In this document: positions 1 to 8,779 of the stretch, in pieces | How positions within the stretch are numbered: the first letter of the stretch is position 1 | How the letters are laid out: each line of letters begins with the position of its first letter | IMG/VR virus record: IMGVR_UViG_3300023202_000205 | Coordinates: 115,365-179,364 of that record | DNA from: a virus | Reading direction: 5' to 3' (one strand) | DNA length: 64,000 bases | The notes under the pieces: model-generated | The model's database searches: none | Seen by the model: the letters and a program-made list of their open reading frames with translations, nothing else | Told to the model about the DNA's origin: nothing | Translations under genes and position numbers: made by a program

Positions 1-193
1 AGAATCTCAGTGACCTCTGGCTCCCTACTGTGTGTCGGTGCCCACTCCTCGAGCTTACGCTGCACCGCCCGACCACGCTCCTTTCCATGCATAGTAATGA
101 CGGCTGCCAACTGCACCAGTTGATGTGCCTCCGCGATTATCTCGTCTTCATCTCTCATAAAACCCCCGCTCAGTAAGACTTACGTTGGCGACC

Positions 194-517
194 CTAAATG
201 ATCGGATCGCTGAACTTGTTGAGCTGGTCCTTGTGCTCACGCACATACGTGAGGCACCGATTGAGGCGTGACACCCCGCGGTCATATCCGGCCGCGATTG
301 CCTCGGCAAATCCCTCGCGGTGGTCGCCGCTCAAGATGAGAAAGTACTCCATCTGCCCGAGCACGAGCGCGGTGGTCACGTCGCCGTAGATATACGTGTC
401 GTGACTATTATAGGAGATATACCAGTGCTTGCTCCCGGTATCGACCTCGTCGGTCCGGTTGGGAACAGTGCACGGCATCCCTTCGATAACAGCCATATAA
501 GCTGAGCTACGTTTCAT
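194..517 (-). CDS. hypothetical phage protein
   Basis: 107-aa ORF on the dominant coding strand; palindromic operator just upstream. Confidence 0.6.
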   Translation of the reverse strand: MKRSSAYMAVIEGMPCTVPNRTDEVDTGSKHWYISYNSHDTYIYGDVTTALVLGQMEYFLILSGDHREGFAEAIAAGYDRGVSRLNRCLTYVREHKDQLNKFSDPII

Positions 518-555
518 GCTACCTTATCTTTCTTTTATCCGTCTATTAGTGAATA

Positions 556-571
556 GTGTTCACGCGAACAC
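556..571. promoter_or_regulatory. palindromic operator GTGTTC-ACGC-GAACAC (TGTTC-N4-GAACA, LexA-box-like)
   Basis: arms extend to atagtgttc...gaacactat; intergenic, upstream of ORF 194..517; motif recurs 5 times. Confidence 0.7.
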
Positions 572-573
572 TA

Positions 574-954
574 TTACTCGTGGTGACTCTCGATCACTCG
601 ACGAGACGCTTCGACCCAGTTATCTATGGCCTCTCGCATCTCCTGGCGGACCTCACTCAGCACCTCAGCGTGTTGGTCGTCATCCCCCTCAGAAACCACG
701 TCCGCAATCCGACGTGTTAGTAATACGTCGAACAACCCTACGTGGTCCCGCAAGAACCGAGCACACCCGAGGGCGGCCTGGTCCAGCTGCTCGGCACTCT
801 GCTGGGTTGCACCGTGGTACGCCTCCGCGTCGAGCTCAGCAGCTCGATGAGGATCTCCTTCTGATGGCATTTGTAGCTCCAAGTAAGGTAAGTGGTTAGG
901 TGTTTCCGTCATCAAATAAATCAAGGACCAGGCTCTGGATCTTTTCACGGACAT
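574..954 (-). CDS. hypothetical protein
   Basis: ORF with GGAGG 6 nt before ATG at 954 (track start 1011). Confidence 0.55.
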   Translation of the reverse strand: MSVKRSRAWSLIYLMTETPNHLPYLELQMPSEGDPHRAAELDAEAYHGATQQSAEQLDQAALGCARFLRDHVGLFDVLLTRRIADVVSEGDDDQHAEVLSEVRQEMREAIDNWVEASRRVIESHHE

Positions 955-1201
955 CCCGCGCCTCCGGAAGTGGTTCCGGTTCCCCCAACTGGTTGTGTGG
1001 TGCTGTCGCAAACTCCCATAGAATTAACAACCTCTCACGGAGGTCCTCTGAGTACTGCTCCTGATTCTCCAAACAATCCTGTAACCGCTCTATCTCCTGA
1101 GCAGCTTGCACCATCTGCTGACAGCAGATGTCTCGTTCCCAGGGCTCTCCGTCAGTCGCTCCGAGACCTACTGACGCCCGTAGTTTCTGTACTAGACTCA
1201 C
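896..1201 (-). CDS. hypothetical protein
   Basis: 101-aa ORF, overlaps upstream ORF by 4 nt. Confidence 0.6.
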   Translation of the reverse strand: MSLVQKLRASVGLGATDGEPWERDICCQQMVQAAQEIERLQDCLENQEQYSEDLRERLLILWEFATAPHNQLGEPEPLPEARDVREKIQSLVLDLFDDGNT

Positions 1202-1473
1202 CGCTCAGCCTCCTTTTGCCATTTCCGGGCGTACTGCAGCGCCCTCCGCAGGGCACTCTCGATGCCCTCAGAGGTCCCGTCGTGCTCCACCTGCACATCC
1301 GCGAGGGCCCGGGATATGCTGACACGGTCTGACTTTCTCCAGAAAATAACGGACACTTCTGATGCATCTATTTCGATCTCGGCCTCTCCTGACCGACTGC
1401 CTAACTGGATAGCTTCTGAAACCAGGTCTGAGAGAGTCCTTTGTTCATCCCCCAGCACATTGTGGTCGCACAT
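1198..1473 (-). CDS. hypothetical protein
   Basis: 91-aa ORF coupled to 896..1201. Confidence 0.55.
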   Translation of the reverse strand: MCDHNVLGDEQRTLSDLVSEAIQLGSRSGEAEIEIDASEVSVIFWRKSDRVSISRALADVQVEHDGTSEGIESALRRALQYARKWQKEAER

Positions 1474-1677
1474 TAAACGCCCCTTTCTTCACTCAACTGC
1501 TCGGTGACCTGCTCTGCGAATGCGAATATATGCTCGACGACACCATCGCCGAAGTCTACGTGCGCTCGTTTCGACCGTAACGCCCAAGGACATCCTCCAG
1601 TCATGGCAGGTTCCGCCGCCACACTCCTTGAATCGCTTTCGCGACCGCGCGATTTAAATCTATCGTAACAGGCATTC

Positions 1678-1920
1678 TTATCTCCCCCGGCGTTTATGCT
1701 TCTTCATTTTCTTGCGGCGGGCTCTGGCCGCCCGACGCTTCTGCTTCCCCAGCAAGCTATGATTATGACCCCAGGGCTTTGACGGTAGAGGTGCCACATA
1801 ACCCGGCTGTGCCTTCAGCACGAACGGCCTATCCCCCTGTTCACGCCGCCTCCTCATCTCCAGGCCAAGAACACGCTCGAGGATAAGGACACGCTCGCGC
1901 TTAGTTAGATGTCCCGCCAT
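1678..1920 (-). CDS. small basic hypothetical protein
   Basis: 80 aa, Arg/Lys-rich C-terminus, overlaps end of upstream ORF. Confidence 0.5.
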   Translation of the reverse strand: MAGHLTKRERVLILERVLGLEMRRRREQGDRPFVLKAQPGYVAPLPSKPWGHNHSLLGKQKRRAARARRKKMKKHKRRGR

Positions 1921-2383
1921 CAGCTTTGCTCCGTCTCCGGCTCATGTCCGGTAGATAGTGGGCGATCTGCTCAGCCCAGGTTCGCCCCGTCAGGTTCCCC
2001 GTCGCCTGCATGTAGCCACAGGCAAAGAAAATCTGGTCCGGTTCGACGCCGGTCAGTTCGTCGACGAGCTCTCGTGTCCCGTCTTTGAAGAAATGTCCGA
2101 AGTCGCACTCGACCACCCATTCCACAGGATCGATGCCTAAGATCTCAAGGGCATCGAGCAGCGGATAGACATTCTCCCACCATTCGTAGGCCACTCCCGC
2201 ACCCCCTGACAGGTCGCACTCACCGAGCTTGATGTGACGGATTGCTAGCAGCATGTGAGCAATCTCGTCATACGACCGGTCGGACAACCCCTCCTTGATA
2301 GATTGGGCGACGAACCGCTCGTCTGGATCGAGTTTTATACGCAAAAGCGTATCGACAAATTCATGCGTGCTCTCTATATGCAT
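1901..2383 (-). CDS. hypothetical protein
   Basis: GGAG RBS before ATG at 2383 (track start 2431). Confidence 0.6.
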   Translation of the reverse strand: MHIESTHEFVDTLLRIKLDPDERFVAQSIKEGLSDRSYDEIAHMLLAIRHIKLGECDLSGGAGVAYEWWENVYPLLDALEILGIDPVEWVVECDFGHFFKDGTRELVDELTGVEPDQIFFACGYMQATGNLTGRTWAEQIAHYLPDMSRRRSKADGGTSN

Positions 2384-2568
2384 TGTCAGATCTCCTGTAT
2401 AGTCTATCTGTTCTGTCACCAAAGCGCCCACTAGGCTATCAAGGCTTAGACAGAGCTACTCGTCAACAGCTCCCACCCCTATCTGCCCGAGACGATAGGG
2501 ACCTTCTTAAGACGGGCTCACCTAGTGAGCGCTTTGGTGACAGAAATATGGTGTTTGTAGAAATCAAG

Positions 2569-2598
2569 AGAAAGGGCCGGCAAGTACCGGCCCTTTCT
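2569..2598. terminator. intrinsic terminator hairpin
   Basis: agaaagggccgg-caagta-ccggccctttct, 12-bp perfect stem 15 nt after the stop of 2614..3060. Confidence 0.75.
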
Positions 2599-2613
2599 GC
2601 TTTTCTTTATCTA

Positions 2614-3060
2614 TCAGTCGATTACCCGCCTTTTGGTACGGAGGTCGACCTGATAGGTGATCAAGTAGATCCCTTCCTGGAACACGTGATCGTCATGCTC
2701 GGGATGTGCCAGCGTCCACTCACCTGTCGCCTCGATCACCGGCCCCAGGCATTCCTGGCGCATAGCGGGATCATCACGAAAAAGATCGACTGGACACGCC
2801 TCCGCCGCCCGGGCAGCATCGTCGGGCCAGAAAATGCGAACGGGACCTTGCGCGTGATGCCGGGACCCGACGGTCTGGCCGAGAGCCACCTGCCTGGACT
2901 GCTCAGTATTTTCGACGTTCCACGCCGCCGGGCGTTTGGAGATGGGGTGACAGTAAACATCCCCCTGATGGCCCGCAGCATCCTTGTCATGCTTACGAAC
3001 CTCCTGCTGGACCTTCGCGGCCTTGTCGTTCAGTTCCTTGATGTGTTCTTGGACGTTCAT
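2614..3060 (-). CDS. conserved small protein usually paired with DUF6745 proteins
   Basis: HQGDVY near N-terminus, HPEH..(GIY)..YQ near C-terminus; directly downstream of DUF6745 gene. Confidence 0.6.
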   Translation of the reverse strand: MNVQEHIKELNDKAAKVQQEVRKHDKDAAGHQGDVYCHPISKRPAAWNVENTEQSRQVALGQTVGSRHHAQGPVRIFWPDDAARAAEACPVDLFRDDPAMRQECLGPVIEATGEWTLAHPEHDDHVFQEGIYLITYQVDLRTKRRVID

Positions 3061-3076
3061 GTCTCTCCTCTAATTC

Positions 3077-5725
3077 CTAGCTCTGGTGAGCTATGGTGGT
3101 CTCGTCGAAACCACAGATGGATTCGTGAGCTTCGCGACACGTTGTCGCGTTAGCGTCGACAGGCATGGCGTACACCCGGCCAGTCGAGTTATCTGAGCCA
3201 TACAGATATTGGTCTGCGTGCATGTCCTGAACCAGGATACGGGGAAGACCGTGGTACATGTCCGAGTCAACTAATTTAGTATCGGTATCCCCTAGATATC
3301 GCTCAATCCCGTATCGTTCGATCAATACACGACGCACCTCTGCGTTTACTTCTCCCCCAATCTCTTCGAGGGTTATCAAGTGAGGTTCCATGATCACGTG
3401 TTCTTTCACCCGCACACCATGCCAGTGATATAACGACCACCCGTCCCGCCACCTATGCGAAGGACCTTCCTCACAATGTGCGCGGTTTTGCCTGTCTGTA
3501 AAGACTACCTCGGGGTTTTCACTTACTACACAGAACTTTTCATGAAAACACTGAAAACCACCCTCAGCCGCATCCTCGTAATGTCTCCACTTCTCATACT
3601 CCGGGAGATCCAACCAACCCATCTCCCGGAAAGCTGTGATGAAAGTAATCCAACCGCCCCACGTGCGGCCTCCCTGGTAAACACGGCCCCACTTAGTGGC
3701 ACAGCCAACAGCATTCTTTATAGAAATGCCAGTCCTACAACAGAACAAAGCAACGCCGCATAACACCTGCGAAAGAGTATCCTTTGACCACTTAACCTCT
3801 TTCGCCTTACTCATTTCAGCATACACAGCTTCGCGGGTGGCGTCGCCCACAGCTTCGTGGGTGGCGTCGGACACAGCTCTGAGGGTGGCTTCGTCCACAG
3901 CTCTGTGGGTGGCGTCGGACACAGCTCTGAGGGTGGCGTCGGACACAGCTCTGAGGGTGGCAGCATACACAGCTTCGCGGGTGGCGTCGTCCACAGCTTC
4001 GCGGGTGGCGTCGTGCACAGCTCTGTGGGTGGCGTTGTGCACAGCTCTGAGGGTAGCGTCGGACACAGCTCTGTGGGTGGCTTCGATCACAACATCGCCG
4101 GTGACGGCATACACAGCTTCGCGGGTGGCTTCGTCCACAGCTCTGTGGGTGGCGGCATACACAGCTTCGCGGGTGGCTTCGTGCACAGCTCCGAGGGTGG
4201 CGTCACCCACAGCTTCGCGGGTGACGTCGTCCACAGCTCTGTAGGTGGCTAAGTCCACAGCTTCGCGGGTGGCAGCGAACACAGCTTCGCGGGTGGCGTC
4301 GTCCACAGCTTCGTAGGTGGCGGTGTCCACAGCTTCGTGGGTGGCGTCGTCCACAGCTTCGTGGGTGGCGTCGTCCACAGCTCTGAGGGTGGCGTCGTGC
4401 ACAGCTTTGCGGGTGGCGTCGCTCACAGCTCTGAGGGTGGCGTCGTGCACAGCTTCGAGGGTGGCGTCGTCCACAGCTCTGTAGGTGGCTAAGTCCACAG
4501 CTCTGAGGGTGGCGTTGTGCACAGCTTCATGGGTGGCGTTGTGCACAGCTTCGCCGGTGGCGTCGTTCACAGCTCTGAGGGTGGCGATGTCCACAGCTTC
4601 GAGGGTGGCGTCGTGCACAGCTCTGTAGGTGGCGTTGTGCACAGCTATGCGGGTGGCGTCGTCCACAGCTTCTTGGGTGGCGTCGCCCACAGCTTCGTGG
4701 GTGGCTTCGTGCACAGCTTCGCGGGTGGCGTCGTGCACAGCTCTGTGGGTGGCGTTGTGCACAGCTCTGAGGGTAGCGTCGGACACAGCTCTGTGGGTGG
4801 CGTCGTCCACAGCTCTGCGGGTAGCGTCGGACACAGCTCTGTGGGTGGCGAAGTGCACAGCTCTGAGGGTGGCGTCGTCCACAGCTCTGCGGATGGCGAT
4901 GTGCACAGCTTCGCGGGTGGCGTCGCCCACAGCGTCGGACACAGCTTCGCGGGTGGCGTCGTCCACAGCTCTGTGGGTGGCAGCGAACACAGCTCTGAGG
5001 GTGGCAGCGAACACAGCTTCGCGGGTGGCGGTGTCCACAGCTCCGAGGGTGGCGTCGTCCACAGCTTCGTAGGTGGCGTCGCCCACAGCTTCGTGGGTGG
5101 CGGCATACACAGCTTCGCGGGTGGCTTCGTCCACAGCTCTGTGGGTGGCGGCATACACAGCTTCGCGGGTGGCGTCGGACACAGCTCTGAGGGTGGCGTC
5201 GGACACAGCTCTGAGGGTGGCAGCGAACACAGCTTCGCGGGTGGTGGCGTCCACAGCTTCGTGGATGGCTTCGTGCACAGCTTCGTGGGTGGCGTCGTCC
5301 ACAGCTCTGTAGGTGGCTAAGTCCACAGCTCTGAGGGTGGCGTTGTGCACAGCTTCATGGGTGGCGTTGTGCACAGCTTCGCCGGTGGCGTCGTTCACAG
5401 CTCTGAGGGTGGCGTCGTGCACAGCTTCGAGGGTGGTGTCGTGCACAGCATCGCGGGTGGAAGGCCTCGGCATAGACTTAGAGGACTCCTGCCCCTGACG
5501 ATACCACCACAAGGCAGCCGTACCATAAACCAATGCCATCTGCAGGGGGCTATCAACAATCACTACTTTCGGTTCCGATAGTCCTGCAGATTCGTATAAC
5601 CCTCGAATACCGCTGATAACGCGGTCCCGATCACAACGCTCGGTAGAGCGCGTATGTTCGATCCACTTTTCTGTATGTTTCTTCAGGTTCTCGTAGTCCT
5701 GTTCCGTTAAGTCAAGGTGCAGCAT
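3077..5725 (-). CDS. DUF6745-domain protein with very long 8-aa repeat tract
   Basis: C-terminal HCEEGPSHRWRDGWSLYHWHGVRV...NAEVRRVLIERYG; AAGGAG RBS before ATG 5725 (track start 5803). Confidence 0.75.
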   Translation of the reverse strand: MLHLDLTEQDYENLKKHTEKWIEHTRSTERCDRDRVISGIRGLYESAGLSEPKVVIVDSPLQMALVYGTAALWWYRQGQESSKSMPRPSTRDAVHDTTLEAVHDATLRAVNDATGEAVHNATHEAVHNATLRAVDLATYRAVDDATHEAVHEAIHEAVDATTREAVFAATLRAVSDATLRAVSDATREAVYAATHRAVDEATREAVYAATHEAVGDATYEAVDDATLGAVDTATREAVFAATLRAVFAATHRAVDDATREAVSDAVGDATREAVHIAIRRAVDDATLRAVHFATHRAVSDATRRAVDDATHRAVSDATLRAVHNATHRAVHDATREAVHEATHEAVGDATQEAVDDATRIAVHNATYRAVHDATLEAVDIATLRAVNDATGEAVHNATHEAVHNATLRAVDLATYRAVDDATLEAVHDATLRAVSDATRKAVHDATLRAVDDATHEAVDDATHEAVDTATYEAVDDATREAVFAATREAVDLATYRAVDDVTREAVGDATLGAVHEATREAVYAATHRAVDEATREAVYAVTGDVVIEATHRAVSDATLRAVHNATHRAVHDATREAVDDATREAVYAATLRAVSDATLRAVSDATHRAVDEATLRAVSDATHEAVGDATREAVYAEMSKAKEVKWSKDTLSQVLCGVALFCCRTGISIKNAVGCATKWGRVYQGGRTWGGWITFITAFREMGWLDLPEYEKWRHYEDAAEGGFQCFHEKFCVVSENPEVVFTDRQNRAHCEEGPSHRWRDGWSLYHWHGVRVKEHVIMEPHLITLEEIGGEVNAEVRRVLIERYGIERYLGDTDTKLVDSDMYHGLPRILVQDMHADQYLYGSDNSTGRVYAMPVDANATTCREAHESICGFDETTIAHQS
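3818..5460. repeat. coding minisatellite, 24-bp unit, about 68 copies
   Basis: recurring cacagct....gggtggc every 24 nt; encodes AT(H/L/R/Y)(E/R)AVxx. Confidence 0.97.
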
Positions 5726-6017
5726 TGTGCACTCCTTTCCTGTAGAGCAGGGAACGGCTCTTACCGTCCCTTGCAGTTTTCTAGAATAGCTGATAGTTTT
5801 CAAACAACCAGCATAGAAGGGTCACTAGAGAGTATCGTCATAAGTCGTGTGTCTGTAGGGGTTTACGTACCCCGCGATACCAGACCTTATCAGCCCTCCC
5901 AAAACAACCCCACTTTACCCATCTTTCTGACACATGTCGCCACAGACGACAAAACCCCATTATCCAAATAACACCCCTTTGATCACTTTTTGAGCGATAA
6001 CAAAACGACTCTTTGAG

Positions 6018-6422
6018 TCAGGCTCTCTTACTCACTAGATCGATCAGGTGATCCACGCGAGCATCCTTTCCCCGCAAGCCCTGTAGGTACTCGCTGATCC
6101 TCTGAGCGTTCTTCAACTGGTGATTATGGGGTTCCGGCCTCCCCTCCTGGCCACAATTGAGAAACTCAGCACGAAAGAATGCCCACGACCGTTCCGTCAG
6201 CAGCCAGTGAAGCAATCCCGTGAAAGCCTGCTCTGTAGGCGACAGCGTCTCCTCAGTGGGGGCGGGCTCTGGTGCTTGGTAGTCCTGTGAGGCCTCCCTC
6301 CTAGCCTGTGAGGCCTCCCTACTAGCTTGCTCCTCGACCCAGGACAGCTTGTTGGACAGCTCCCTTAGTGCCTCTCTGACCTCTCTGACTGAGTGAAGGT
6401 TCTTTTCCGGATCCTGAGACAT
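6018..6422 (-). CDS. hypothetical protein
   Basis: AAGGAGG RBS before ATG 6422. Confidence 0.65.
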   Translation of the reverse strand: MSQDPEKNLHSVREVREALRELSNKLSWVEEQASREASQARREASQDYQAPEPAPTEETLSPTEQAFTGLLHWLLTERSWAFFRAEFLNCGQEGRPEPHNHQLKNAQRISEYLQGLRGKDARVDHLIDLVSKRA

Positions 6423-6433
6423 GAAGAGCCTCC

Positions 6434-6862
6434 TTAGTTGGGCAGCTTGGCGTAAGGGAACTGCTGCTTGATCTCCTCCACGGTGGAGACCGTTACCGGG
6501 CGTTGCCAGGGGATCTGGAACACTTTGGCGACACGATGCAGTCCTGCTCCCCACGTCTCAGGGTCCATGCAGTCGTGCAAGCAGGTGAGTTGGTACAGCA
6601 TCTTCAGGGTTCTGGGGTCGTGCATATTCACTCCCGACTCCCTCAGGGCGCTCTGCAGGGCAGGACTGGCGAGATTACACGAATGCTGCACGTGACCCTC
6701 GAGGTACTGTTCGTCGAGGGCGAAGCCGATAGCATGCTTGTATCCCTCCTCGGAGACGAGAACTGAAGACGGCCCATAACTGGGTGAGTAGTAGATCGCT
6801 TTGGCATTCTGCCGCAGCAGGCCCTCAGCAATGCGGTAGAAGAGTTGTTTGAGTGTAAGCAT
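6434..6862 (-). CDS. phage hypothetical protein, paralogue of 6926..7327
   Basis: AAGGAGG RBS; Q(L/I)F..(I/V)A..LL.. N-terminus and L..LQ/T..HD....W C-terminus shared with neighbour. Confidence 0.65.
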   Translation of the reverse strand: MLTLKQLFYRIAEGLLRQNAKAIYYSPSYGPSSVLVSEEGYKHAIGFALDEQYLEGHVQHSCNLASPALQSALRESGVNMHDPRTLKMLYQLTCLHDCMDPETWGAGLHRVAKVFQIPWQRPVTVSTVEEIKQQFPYAKLPN

Positions 6863-6925
6863 GATAATGCCTCCTTTGTGACTAATGGGTGAATAGACAA
6901 TGACCTGGAACAACAACGTCGTTGC

Positions 6926-7327
6926 TCAGGCTGAGACTGATTCTGGTGACCAGTCGATCTGGTAGGAGCGGGCGAGCAGCAGGAGCCGATCGGGCCACTC
7001 CCTGGGAGAAAAACGGTCGTGGATGATCTGCAGGGAGATCACCAACTCACGGGTCCGGCGATCTTCGAAATCAACGCCAGAAGCCACCAGAGCAGCCTTC
7101 AGAGGCTCTGACTCTGGGTTGGTGGGGTTGACTCGGGTAAGTGGGACCTCCTCGAAAGAGCTGTGGTAATGCTGGTCGTCGATCAGAAGACCGACGCTGA
7201 CCGGCTTGCCACGCCTCGTACGGTACCGTCGGACCTGGCGGTGCGCGGTTCCCACTGGCACCACGCGACCCTCCTTGAGGAGATGATCGGCGACTTTCGT
7301 GAATATCTGAGTAGCAGATTTTGCCAT
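6926..7327 (-). CDS. phage hypothetical protein, paralogue of 6434..6862
   Basis: TQIFTKVADHLLKEG...YRT..G..VSVGLLIDD...LQIIHD. Confidence 0.65.
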   Translation of the reverse strand: MAKSATQIFTKVADHLLKEGRVVPVGTAHRQVRRYRTRRGKPVSVGLLIDDQHYHSSFEEVPLTRVNPTNPESEPLKAALVASGVDFEDRRTRELVISLQIIHDRFSPREWPDRLLLLARSYQIDWSPESVSA

Positions 7328-7362
7328 GTCTCGAATTCCTTGAAGACAGAGTGATAGACGAA

Positions 7363-7386
7363 CACCCCACGCAAAAACGTGGGGTG
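7363..7386. terminator. hairpin / probable terminator
   Basis: caccccacg-caaaaa-cgtggggtg, 9-bp stem, intergenic. Confidence 0.55.
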
Positions 7387-7443
7387 CTGTTCCGAGGTGT
7401 TTGTGAAAACTCGGGTTAGGACTTTTTTGAGCTGTGAACTAGC

Positions 7444-7659
7444 TCAGCGCGATGGGCTTATCGTCCAGTAATAGACGACGGTGTGGGAGAAATGATAATC
7501 AGAGCCACACACCTCACACATGGGAAGGCAGTTCCAGCCATCCGCGAGAGTGTCTGAGGGGGTCATCTTTATGACGGGCTCCTCATTTGTACAAAGACAG
7601 CTGCTCTCAAAAACAAGTAGCACGTCCGTGTCATCGACACGGGCTGGAAGACGTTCCAT
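7444..7659 (-). CDS. small Cys-rich hypothetical protein
   Basis: CLC...CEVC; RBS-like GGAAAGGA before ATG 7659. Confidence 0.45.
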   Translation of the reverse strand: MERLPARVDDTDVLLVFESSCLCTNEEPVIKMTPSDTLADGWNCLPMCEVCGSDYHFSHTVVYYWTISPSR

Positions 7660-7843
7660 GGTCAGATCCTTTCCAGGCTCGTAAGTGGTCTCGGATGTAC
7701 TCCCTAACAGCCCATTCACCACACTCCAAGGTGTCCGATGGAACCGTCAATGAGAGTACCCCATAACGTTTCCGCCATTTCTTGTTGATGCGCTTCTTCG
7801 GGTGGGATCGGACCTGAACGTCCACGCGATGGTCAGTTTCCAT
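7631..7843 (-). CDS. phage hypothetical protein (R.H.KKRINKKWRKRYG type)
   Basis: motif RSHPKKRINKKWRKRYG. Confidence 0.55.
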   Translation of the reverse strand: METDHRVDVQVRSHPKKRINKKWRKRYGVLSLTVPSDTLECGEWAVREYIRDHLRAWKGSDHGTSSSPCR

Positions 7844-7862
7844 AGTACCTCCTCGCAGTTGG

Positions 7863-8075
7863 TTAGTAACTTCGCGGAAAAAGGAGAAAAACCAAAAGAA
7901 TAGCAGTGACGATCGTCATGAATATGTCAAATCCAGTGACGCCCGCGTAGCCCGCAGATTGGCTCTGTATGATCACAATCAAAAACCAAACCGCTAAAAG
8001 CAGCCCAGCTAGGATTATGTCAAATCCAGTGACGCCCGCGTAGCCCGCAGATTGGCTCTGTATGATCACAATCAA
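7863..8075 (-). CDS. small membrane protein with internal 31-aa duplication
   Basis: hydrophobic segments; start uncertain. Confidence 0.45.
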   Translation of the reverse strand: MIVIIQSQSAGYAGVTGFDIILAGLLLAVWFLIVIIQSQSAGYAGVTGFDIFMTIVTAILLVFLLFPRSY

Positions 8076-8108
8076 AAACCAAACCGCTAAAAGCAGCCCA
8101 GCTAGGAT
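7923..8108. repeat. exact 93-bp tandem duplication (2 copies)
   Basis: 7923..8015 equals 8016..8108. Confidence 0.92.
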
Positions 8109-8779
8109 GGGGTGCCGAGATTTGATGGCTCACCCTCCTGTTCAGCCTGGCCTTCCTCGTTTTTACGAACGAGTGCCTTGTGGATCGTCGACGTCTCCTC
8201 CCGCCACTGCTGGATCTTGCCCAGGACATAACTCAATTGAGTAGTACCGCTCCGAGAGTAATGCTCCGCACCCGCCTCATTCCAAGGCATGGGCCAGAGA
8301 CAAGCCCCACCACCACGGGCCCGGAACTGCTGGACGTGACGCATACTATCGTCGATCAGAAACGTCAGAGGGCCCGCCGCAGCTGCCTTCCTCGGCGTGA
8401 TCATGAAATCTCGGAAAAACCGATTACAGAAAAAATCCTGCAACCACTGGACCTTTCCACCCGCAGCCGAAGGGTCCACGCTGGGAGACGTGCAAATCAC
8501 TACCCGACAAGAGGTTGTGTCATGTAAGGTGTTGAACAGCATTCTCGCCCACGGGAGAGGCTCCAGGTTGCTCCAAAAAGCGGCTCCCTGGGCATGAAGC
8601 GTATCCCACATATCGCTTTGCGTTTCCCAACCGAAATGCTTTTCGACACCCCAGTCAGGTGGTGGGTTGTGAAAGTGGTCCGAATCCCGGTTCTGGGATG
8701 CGTAGCCCGCGACGGCTTTGACGAAATTGGTCAAAACACCATCCATGTCCAAAAGGATCACTCGCTCACCCTTGTTCAT
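8102..8779 (-). CDS. 5'(3')-deoxyribonucleotidase, HAD superfamily (NT5C-like)
   Basis: LLDMDGVL motif I, ICTSP motif II, GKVQWL, LIDD motif IV. Confidence 0.85.
   Translation of the reverse strand: MNKGERVILLDMDGVLTNFVKAVAGYASQNRDSDHFHNPPPDWGVEKHFGWETQSDMWDTLHAQGAAFWSNLEPLPWARMLFNTLHDTTSCRVVICTSPSVDPSAAGGKVQWLQDFFCNRFFRDFMITPRKAAAAGPLTFLIDDSMRHVQQFRARGGGACLWPMPWNEAGAEHYSRSGTTQLSYVLGKIQQWREETSTIHKALVRKNEEGQAEQEGEPSNLGTPS

Noticed and set aside
2383-3153. 256-aa plus-strand ORF (also 61488..62345, 28316..28849)
   Set aside because: Antisense shadows of well-supported minus-strand genes, with no motifs.
3818-5460. 24-bp tandem repeat as a CRISPR array
   Set aside because: Contiguous units with no unique spacers, in frame within a CDS.
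3696-5581. Long plus-strand and alternative-frame ORFs (e.g. 4517..5320, 4629..5072, 4645..5154)
   Set aside because: By-products of the stop-free 24-bp repeat; only the minus frame joins a recognisable domain and RBS.
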